Origin: a virus | Lineage: Duplodnaviria > Caudoviricetes | Reading direction: 5' to 3' (one strand) | DNA: 33,475 nt | IMG/VR virus record: IMGVR_UViG_3300032040_000036 | Location: 1-33,475 of that record | Shown: positions 27,316 through 33,195 of the stretch, piece by piece | Position numbering within the stretch: position 1 is the first letter of the stretch | How the letters are laid out: each line of letters starts with the position of its first letter | Position numbers and translations under genes: made by a program | Notes under the pieces: generated by a model | What the model was told of the DNA's origin: nothing | The model's database searches: none | The model's input: the letters and a program-made list of their open reading frames with translations, nothing else

Positions 27316-28076
27316 CACACATCCCCCAAATCATCAGCCCAGCTGGTGTCATCCATGTTCAACCCTGCCCCTGTAGCGCCTTGCCGTGTTGGGAAGCGCT
27401 GAGCGTACTCTTGCGCCTTGAGCATCCACGTTCGCCACGTCGCCACCCAATCGGCCTTGGTCCCACCGGTACCGCGCCAGTAGTTAACGAATTTCTCGGT
27501 TTCCAAGCTCAGCACTACAGCGGGGGTGCGCTCTGCAGCCCACTGCGTCATCAGCTGGCTGACAAGGAACGGATCAGGGATGCGGGTCTTGCGCTTCGGC
27601 CTCGATTCAGATTTCGATCCAGTGGCGGTATCCACCCCCCGGGGGGATACAGGGGGGTTTGGGTTTGGTTCTTTACTCTTCTCTTCTCTAGCTACGCTAG
27701 GTGTCCCGTTTATGTCCGCATCGGATGCGGACTCTTTGCGCCCGGAAGCCTTACGCTTTGCCTCCATGCAGCGCCGTTTGGCGGAAGCGCCGTTGTGTTC
27801 GTCAAAGTTGATGACCCTTACGCCGTCCTCGGATGCGGACACCCAGCCTATCTGCACCAGCGCGTCACCCAGACCAGCAACACCCGTCTTGCGGTCGATA
27901 GCACGAAGAGTCATGCCCGGCAAAAAGCCGTCCTCGGAGTGCTCGTCAGCCATCGCCCACAACCAATACAAACCGCCAACCACCATTGCCTCCGGTTGAT
28001 CGGTCAGGTCGCACAGGCTAGAAACGCGGGGATCGTCCCACAGGTTGGTGCGCATCTTGATCCATTCGCCAGCCAT
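27315..28076 (-). CDS. Replication initiator (O analogue)
   Basis: MAGEWIKMR...LWAMAD...HNGASAKRR N-terminus and FVNYW...DWVATWRTW C-terminus; precedes P. Confidence 0.85.
   Translation of the reverse strand: MAGEWIKMRTNLWDDPRVSSLCDLTDQPEAMVVGGLYWLWAMADEHSEDGFLPGMTLRAIDRKTGVAGLGDALVQIGWVSASEDGVRVINFDEHNGASAKRRCMEAKRKASGRKESASDADINGTPSVAREEKSKEPNPNPPVSPRGVDTATGSKSESRPKRKTRIPDPFLVSQLMTQWAAERTPAVVLSLETEKFVNYWRGTGGTKADWVATWRTWMLKAQEYAQRFPTRQGATGAGLNMDDTSWADDLGDV
27670..27840. other. Putative replication origin inside the initiator gene
   Basis: 19-bp palindrome GTCCGCATC-G-GATGCGGAC (27714-27732), further TCGGATGCGGAC (27829-27840), adjacent strand-asymmetric CT tract. Confidence 0.55.
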
Positions 28077-28774
28077 CAGAGCGCACCCCCGATCTGCTGC
28101 GCCAACACAGTCAAACCCTTGGGCGTGACGCGCACCTGTGACGCAAGGCGCTGCTCGCCATCATCCTCGGTACCCAGCACAGTGACCTTGTGCTCGAGCA
28201 CGCCGGCACTCAACCGCGGCGCAAATCCAAGCCAGTGGGCACACCCTGCCCGGCGGTAAATCCAGCGGTGCTCTACCATCCACGCCAGCATGGCCTTGCG
28301 CTGTACGCCCAGGTGCTTCGCGGCATCAGTCAGGCACATAGTCCCTTGGGATTGAGCAATGCGACCGAGCGCGGCCACATGGGGCGCTTGCTGCTGAACT
28401 ACCAAGCGCAGGCCGTTGTTCTGCTCTGCCAGATCGGCGGCTAGGCGCAAGGCTTCGGGTAAGGTGCGGGGAATGGTTGGGGCTTGCTGTTCCAGCTCCT
28501 GCCAGCGATCAACCAGGCGGGCAGTAAACTCCGGGGAGAGCTGCGCAACGATCACATAACTGTCACGCTTGCTGATTTGATACTCGGCCACCGTCTGACC
28601 CAGGTGGTTCTTAACTTCCCCCAATGGGGGGAGTTCAATAACGCCGCGGTCTGCAAGCCGTTCGATAGACTGCTTGACCTTGTCATGCCGGGAATCGACA
28701 AGATCCGCAATTTCTCTACTGCTCATCGTGACTAGGTCGCGTGACACCATGGTTGATTCGATCATTCCGTTCAT
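28076..28774 (-). CDS. rha: Rha-family / ANT (KilA-C) antirepressor
   Basis: TMSSREIA...RHDKVKQSIERL...LVDRWQELE; LPEALRLAADL; VRVTPKGL. Confidence 0.9.
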   Translation of the reverse strand: MNGMIESTMVSRDLVTMSSREIADLVDSRHDKVKQSIERLADRGVIELPPLGEVKNHLGQTVAEYQISKRDSYVIVAQLSPEFTARLVDRWQELEQQAPTIPRTLPEALRLAADLAEQNNGLRLVVQQQAPHVAALGRIAQSQGTMCLTDAAKHLGVQRKAMLAWMVEHRWIYRRAGCAHWLGFAPRLSAGVLEHKVTVLGTEDDGEQRLASQVRVTPKGLTVLAQQIGGAL

Positions 28775-28803
28775 ATAATCTGACCTCTCTCTTGTGGTAC
28801 CCG

Positions 28804-28830
28804 AGCCCGGCCTTCTCCGCCGGGCTTTTT
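28804..28830 (+). terminator. Plus-strand intrinsic terminator upstream of rha (oop/t0-like)
   Basis: AGCCCGGC-CTTCTCC-GCCGGGCT-TTTT. Confidence 0.75.
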
Positions 28831-28915
28831 ATTGCCTGATGAAAACCAGCGGCGCGCCAAAGGCACCGTGGTATTGTTTTGTGCTTACGAGTAAAACTGG
28901 CCATGGAGGCGTTGC

Positions 28916-29413
28916 ATGAAGCTGGACAGAGAATTGCAACTCAGGCTGCTGCGGGCTCTTGCAGACGCTTACCCCGAAAGTGTTTTCGGTATTGAAGAGG
29001 CTGTCAGCATGCCGAGGGGCGCGGTTCGCGTGATTGCTAACCTTGCCTACCTGGCCGAGCACGAGCTGATTCACTGCAGATTTATTAGCTTCGGCGGCAA
29101 AGGCATGAGCCTTAATGGCTCCCCCAAGATCACCGCCAAAGGCCTGGACTTTCTCGCGCAGGACGGTGGGCTCAGCGCCATACTCGGTACCGTGACAATC
29201 AGGCTTCATGAGGAAACCCTGCGGGCAGTGATAGAGCGCGGGGTTTTACAGTCCAGTCTTCCTCAAGCAGAGAAAACGGGGGTTCTGCAGACGCTTCGAG
29301 CGCTGCCAGCCGATTCCATAAAACACCTGACAATGAAACTAATGGACTTGGGGCTGGAGAATTCGCCGAAAGCAATTCCGTTAATACAAAGCTGGCTTTT
29401 CCCCCAGGGCTGA
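28916..29413 (+). CDS. Counter-oriented moron, probable winged-helix protein
   Basis: GGAGG RBS, TG-G-TATTGT extended -10 at 28869-28877, NLAYLAEHELI...ITAKGLDFL pattern. Confidence 0.8.
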   Translation: MKLDRELQLRLLRALADAYPESVFGIEEAVSMPRGAVRVIANLAYLAEHELIHCRFISFGGKGMSLNGSPKITAKGLDFLAQDGGLSAILGTVTIRLHEETLRAVIERGVLQSSLPQAEKTGVLQTLRALPADSIKHLTMKLMDLGLENSPKAIPLIQSWLFPQG

Positions 29414-29594
29414 AAGGCTCATCAGCCGGGCAGCGTGCAAAACAGACGTAGCCCAGGTGCTTGTTCATATTCCATACCTCAAGCCAGAACAGGTCGTAAT
29501 CCACTGCTTCAAGCTCAAGCACAACCTCAGTTGAATTGGCCGAGCGGCGGTACGCTAGAAGCACCGCCCCCAACTGCGACTGACTGATTAGCAT
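29199..29594 (-). CDS. Hypothetical protein at the cII position
   Basis: Strong AGGAG RBS; the 3' 215 nt overlap the convergent gene. Confidence 0.45.
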   Translation of the reverse strand: MLISQSQLGAVLLAYRRSANSTEVVLELEAVDYDLFWLEVWNMNKHLGYVCFARCPADEPFSPGGKASFVLTELLSANSPAPSPLVSLSGVLWNRLAALEASAEPPFSLLEEDWTVKPRALSLPAGFPHEA

Positions 29595-29670
29595 CCTGTT
29601 CTCCTGTATATCTGCCCAGCACTATCAGTGCTCTTACCGATGTCACGGCGAACCGTCACACTTACAACCA

Positions 29671-29874
29671 TCAAGCGGCGTTCCGCTTAGGACGCGCCGG
29701 GATCGGTCTGATCTCGTTCGCGGTAATGCAACCATCCGGATGAATCGTGATTTCAATGTTCCGTCCGGACCGCACCATCTGGGATACAGCGCTTTGCTGA
29801 ACCCCAAGAGCGCCAGCCAGACCTTGCTGGGTGCCGTGGTCGGCCAAGTATTCGGAGAGAGGCATTTTTTTCAT
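29671..29874 (-). CDS. cro: Cro-like repressor
   Basis: 67 aa HTH (TQQGLAGALGVQQSAVSQM), divergent from cI. Confidence 0.92.
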   Translation of the reverse strand: MKKMPLSEYLADHGTQQGLAGALGVQQSAVSQMVRSGRNIEITIHPDGCITANEIRPIPARPKRNAA

Positions 29875-29903
29875 GAATGAGCCCTGTATCAATGTCAGCC
29901 TTG

Positions 29904-29932
29904 ATAGTAGCAGTGCTACTTTTACAGAACAA
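29904..29932 (-). promoter_or_regulatory. PR promoter
   Basis: TTGTTC-17 bp-TACTAT with TG extension. Confidence 0.75.
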
Positions 29933-29977
29933 GTAAAGAATAGCAACGCTGCTTTGCCTAGTAGTAGCTCTGCTTAT
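29906..29977. promoter_or_regulatory. OR operators (three 15-bp sites)
   Basis: AGTAGCAGTGCTACT 29906-29920 (perfect palindrome), AATAGCAACGCTGCT 29939-29953, AGTAGCTCTGCTTAT 29963-29977. Confidence 0.8.
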
Positions 29978-29982
29978 ATAGT
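29954..29982 (+). promoter_or_regulatory. PRM promoter
   Basis: TTGCCT-17 bp-TATAGT, 7 nt before the cI ATG. Confidence 0.75.
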
Positions 29983-29989
29983 CAATACG

Positions 29990-30751
29990 ATGAACAATAG
30001 GCGTAAATTGACAACCGAAGAGGTGCAGGAAGCTGCGCGCCTCAAAGCGACTTATGAGGACCGCAAAGCTGCGGCAAAAGCAGCTGGAGGTAATTTGACG
30101 CAGGCAATAGTCGCCGAGCGTTGCGGATGGGGAAATCAGAGCGCCTTTGGTCACTATGTCACTGGGCGACTGCCGCTTAATCTAGAAGCACTCCTATCTA
30201 TCTCGAAGGCTCTGAAGTTTGACCCTGAATTGGTAAGCCCAAGGCTCACAAAAAATTTGCCATTAAAAATGGAAGAGCCTGGTGCGCCATTCGATGTAAG
30301 CCAGCAAGGCGGGAAGTCGAACGTAGAAGATGGCCCAGAACTAAAAGGATTTGTTCCGTTGATATCATGGGTTCAGGCAGGAGCCTGGTGCGAAGTAGAA
30401 GACGTGTATGCGGTAGGCGATGCAGAAGAATGGATGCCCTGCCCCACTACGCATGGCCCGAGGACTTACGTTCTGCGCGTGCGCGGTGAATCCATGTTCA
30501 ACGCCCATGCTAGACGCTCATTCCGTGACGGAGATCTGATCTTCTGCGACCCAGACAAGCATGCAGAAAACGGATCAATGGTGATCGTCAAAATTGATGA
30601 CAGCCAGGAGGCGACGTTCAAACAGCTTGTTATCGAGGGTGACCAGAGATTCCTAAAGCCGCTCAACCCTGCATGGCCCGAACCAATCATAAAGGTTAAC
30701 GGTAATGCCACCTTCTGCGGCGTGGTGATCGGCAAGTACGAGCCGTTCTAA
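29990..30751 (+). CDS. cI: CI repressor (HTH plus S24 autopeptidase)
   Basis: HTH TQAIVAERCGWGNQSAF; VQAG cleavage site; GESM serine and TFK lysine. Confidence 0.96.
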   Translation: MNNRRKLTTEEVQEAARLKATYEDRKAAAKAAGGNLTQAIVAERCGWGNQSAFGHYVTGRLPLNLEALLSISKALKFDPELVSPRLTKNLPLKMEEPGAPFDVSQQGGKSNVEDGPELKGFVPLISWVQAGAWCEVEDVYAVGDAEEWMPCPTTHGPRTYVLRVRGESMFNAHARRSFRDGDLIFCDPDKHAENGSMVIVKIDDSQEATFKQLVIEGDQRFLKPLNPAWPEPIIKVNGNATFCGVVIGKYEPF

Positions 30752-30873
30752 TGCGCCTTATCCAGTTCGTAGAGGCCCTGTTTCGCGGTGAGCGCTGGGC
30801 CAAGCGGCGGGCTGTTGAGGGGTTGGTGTTTGTAGGCCTAGTCGGGTCCGCAATAGTCATTTTTGGGAGATAG
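30751..30873 (+). CDS. 40-aa membrane peptide not in the ORF track
   Basis: TAATG overlap with cI; MRLIQFVEALFRGERWAKRRAVEGLVFVGLVGSAIVIFGR; stops 2 nt before the next start. Confidence 0.6.
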   Translation: MRLIQFVEALFRGERWAKRRAVEGLVFVGLVGSAIVIFGR

Positions 30874-30875
30874 TC

Positions 30876-31664
30876 GTGGATAGACCAAGGATCGGTTACT
30901 TACAGTTTGAGATCAAAAACAACTTCCCTGTTTCAGCGGAAGACTACGCGAACTCCCTGCTCGGAATTGCAGATGAGTATCGCCAGTTCATGTCTCTGCA
31001 CTGCTCCTCCATCGAGACAGATGAAAGCACCCTGTTGGTAAGGTCGGTTAAAGAGGGAAGTATTTTAAGCACGCTTGGGCCTGCTATAAGTGGAACTCTC
31101 CCTCTGATCGGATCAGTACAGACGGTGTTTGACTATGCGGAATATCTGGCGGCCCTGGTCGGCTGGGCGCAAGGTAAACTTCTTCGCCCCGCTATTGCGG
31201 ATGAAAAGAAAACGATGAAGAATGTGGTTAGCATTGTCGCTCCGACAGTGAAGGACCAGGGCGCACAGTTGAATATTGGCACGATGAACTTTCATGGGGA
31301 CGTGAATATTTCCCTCAGTCTAGGCAGTCAAGATGCCGCAGTTGTTAGCGCATTTGCTCGCGGACGTCTGGACAAAATGAAGGAAACCAAATCGGCCGGC
31401 CTCTACGAAAACGTGTTGCTCTATTGGTTTCAGACTAGGAACGCAATTAACAACAAGGCTGGCGATAGGGCTAGGATCGATAGCATTTCAGCTGAACCTG
31501 TTAGCGTCAGATTTGCCAATGAAGACCTTAAGAGGGCTATGGTTCTTGAAGCAGACAGCCCCTACCAGCACGGATATATCGTTGATGTAGATGTAATGAC
31601 AGTTGACGGCAAACCAGCTGTTTATCTGGTCGAACGCCTTATTGACATCATAGAGCTGCCGTAG
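30876..31664 (+). CDS. Lysogen-expressed cargo protein of unknown function (262 aa)
   Basis: Long ORF with GGGAGA RBS, AT-richer than the phage core, followed by terminators. Confidence 0.85.
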   Translation: MDRPRIGYLQFEIKNNFPVSAEDYANSLLGIADEYRQFMSLHCSSIETDESTLLVRSVKEGSILSTLGPAISGTLPLIGSVQTVFDYAEYLAALVGWAQGKLLRPAIADEKKTMKNVVSIVAPTVKDQGAQLNIGTMNFHGDVNISLSLGSQDAAVVSAFARGRLDKMKETKSAGLYENVLLYWFQTRNAINNKAGDRARIDSISAEPVSVRFANEDLKRAMVLEADSPYQHGYIVDVDVMTVDGKPAVYLVERLIDIIELP

Positions 31665-31684
31665 ACTCTCGCCCGAGCACCCCC

Positions 31685-31743
31685 AAAGCCCGCCCATCGC
31701 GGGCTTTTTTACGTCCCTACCCAACCGCTTCGGCGGTTTTTTT
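31685..31743 (+). terminator. Two tandem intrinsic terminators ending the cI operon
   Basis: AAAGCCCGC-CCATC-GCGGGCTTTTT and AACCGC-TTCG-GCGGTTTTTTT. Confidence 0.85.
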
Positions 31744-31772
31744 GTGCCTTCAAGAAAAATAATATCATAATT

Positions 31773-31814
31773 AGTAGCATTGCTGTTGACCGTTAATAGC
31801 AGCAGTGCTACTTT
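31773..31814 (+). promoter_or_regulatory. PL promoter with two OL operators
   Basis: TTGACC (31786-31791)-17 bp-TACTTT; operators AGTAGCATTGCTGTT 31773-31787 and AGCAGCAGTGCTACT 31798-31812; AT-rich upstream. Confidence 0.82.
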
Positions 31815-31841
31815 TAATACATGCCAGCAACACACGGCATA

Positions 31842-31854
31842 CGCTCTTTAAGAA
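31842..31854 (+). promoter_or_regulatory. boxA antitermination element
   Basis: CGCTCTTTAAGAA close to the lambdoid/rrn boxA consensus, ~20 nt after the PL start. Confidence 0.8.
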
Positions 31855-31868
31855 CACGACGAACCCAA

Positions 31869-32141
31869 CGACTTACCGGCCTACCCGGTGGCGAAAAGCT
31901 AAACAGTCGACCATGCCAGCTCTGGAACTGGACCATGTCAGCTCTGTTACTGACCAGCGTCGGGAGACGTTGCGAGATTGCACCCGGCCACCCGTAAGGG
32001 TTTGAGACGACTCGGCAGACGGTGCAACGAGAGCAACTACCGAGGATTCCTAGGTAGTTGGCCCAGCCGGAGGTGGCATGTAACACCGGCAGTGAGAAAC
32101 AGATTTCCTCATGCACCTGGGCAACCGGGTGTATCGGGAAA
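31869..32141 (+). ncRNA. Structured PL leader RNA (family unknown)
   Basis: Near-contiguous stems with GGGA, GTAA and GCAA tetraloops; no credible ORF. Confidence 0.5.
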
Positions 32142-32159
32142 CGAAAAAGGAGAAAGGCA

Positions 32160-32453
32160 TTGGAAAACATACAGAAGCATCTTGATCTGCTGGGGCATCG
32201 AGTACAGGACCGAGTGACGGGTTATGAAGGCGTGGCAACATCGGTCTGCTTTGACCTTTACGGCTGCATTCAGGTGGTAATCAACCCCGGCTTAACGCCC
32301 GATGGAAAGCTGGGCGAGCAGTGCTGGTTTGATGTAAATCGCATCCTTGTGCTGGAGCAAGAGCTGGTCATGGAGCGCCCAGACTTTGTCAAAGGACCCA
32401 TCGCTGAAGGAGGTAAGGGGCCTGAATCAAAGCCTCAACCAAACGCCTGCTAA
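32160..32453 (+). CDS. Phage hypothetical protein (97 aa)
   Basis: AAGGAG RBS before TTG; LLGHRVQDRVTGYEGV small beta-barrel-like motif. Confidence 0.8.
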   Translation: MENIQKHLDLLGHRVQDRVTGYEGVATSVCFDLYGCIQVVINPGLTPDGKLGEQCWFDVNRILVLEQELVMERPDFVKGPIAEGGKGPESKPQPNAC

Positions 32454-32480
32454 CCCATCGCCCTTTCACTGAGAGGGCAT
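32451..32480 (+). repeat. 30-bp direct repeat, copy 1
   Basis: TAACCCATCGCCCTTTCACTGAGAGGGCAT. Confidence 0.95.
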
Positions 32481-32501
32481 TGATAACGGAAGGAGATAGA
32501 A

Positions 32502-32723
32502 ATGGGCGAAAGAGTTTATTTGGTCTGGAATACAAGCCGCACTGAGTGCGTTGGGTTCAAGGATAAAAAGGATGCGGAACAGGCTGCGGGCCTAAAGAGC
32601 ACCGGCAACCCATGCTCAAGTCTTGTAGTTGAGTGGCGGGATATGTATGCCGATGAGTTTGGTGGCGAACAGCCTGACGAGTCGGAGCGCATTAAATTTC
32701 AGATACAGGAGATTCACATTTAA
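32502..32723 (+). CDS. Small acidic hypothetical protein (73 aa)
   Basis: AAGGAG RBS; bounded by the 30-bp repeats. Confidence 0.8.
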   Translation: MGERVYLVWNTSRTECVGFKDKKDAEQAAGLKSTGNPCSSLVVEWRDMYADEFGGEQPDESERIKFQIQEIHI

Positions 32724-32750
32724 CCCATCGCCCTTTCACTGAGAGGGCAT
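32721..32750 (+). repeat. 30-bp direct repeat, copy 2
   Basis: Identical to 32451-32480. Confidence 0.95.
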
Positions 32751-32810
32751 CGGAAAGCCGTCAGCAACACGCTGCTTGTTGTGCAAAACGACAGCGCTGG
32801 CGGCTTTACC

Positions 32811-33010
32811 GATGTAGATGGATGCGCAGGCTGATGCGCAAGTGTAAGACCTGATGGGTAGCGGGAATGACTGGACGAACAATGTTGAGTAAGCGCCCAA
32901 GTGTCCAGTGCTAGCCCAATAAGCAGCGGTTGAAACCTTCGCCCCGGTGGAACTCCGGTGTCAACTAGACCGCTGATAGTCATGCCGGGATCAGCACCGG
33001 TCATCACATC
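32811..33010 (+). ncRNA. tRNA-shaped structured RNA with a kissing-loop pseudoknot (family unknown)
   Basis: Closing stem 32811-32820/33002-33010; loops GCTGAT and ATCAGC are complementary. Confidence 0.55.
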
Positions 33011-33195
33011 AAGCGACACCAGCTAATAGGTGTGACAGCCGGAGAGACGGATACCTTGCAGGTTGTAAAGGAAGCGAACCTGCCGTCACTGGCGAGCAGT
33101 GATGACAGCCGGGAAAGACCGGCACCCCCTACCCCTTCCAGTGTCCAGAAGCATGCACGCCATGCCTGTGGGCGCTCTTTGTCTGGAGTACAGCA

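Noticed and set aside
1555-28735. Many long plus-strand ORFs opposite the structural and replication genes (e.g. 2533-3366, 15156-15968, 27291-28259)
   Set aside because: Shadow frames of GC-rich genes; no RBS or recognisable motifs
29595-29670. nutR boxA after cro
   Set aside because: The only boxA-like string (TGCTCTTA) is on the non-transcribed strand
32058-32159. Arg/Lys-rich N-like extension (GKRKRRK) on the first PL gene
   Set aside because: It arises from reading through the purine-rich RBS; the upstream start has no RBS and lies in structured RNA
32451-32750. CRISPR array
   Set aside because: Only two repeats, separated by a 240-bp gene-containing segment; no cas genes
32447-32757. 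Integron attC sites
   Set aside because: Only copy 2 fits RYYYAAC, neither is followed by GTTRRRY, and the repeat is shorter than attC sites
32829-32880. Hammerhead ribozyme
   Set aside because: CTGATG occurs twice but not as CTGANGA with a correctly placed GAAA core
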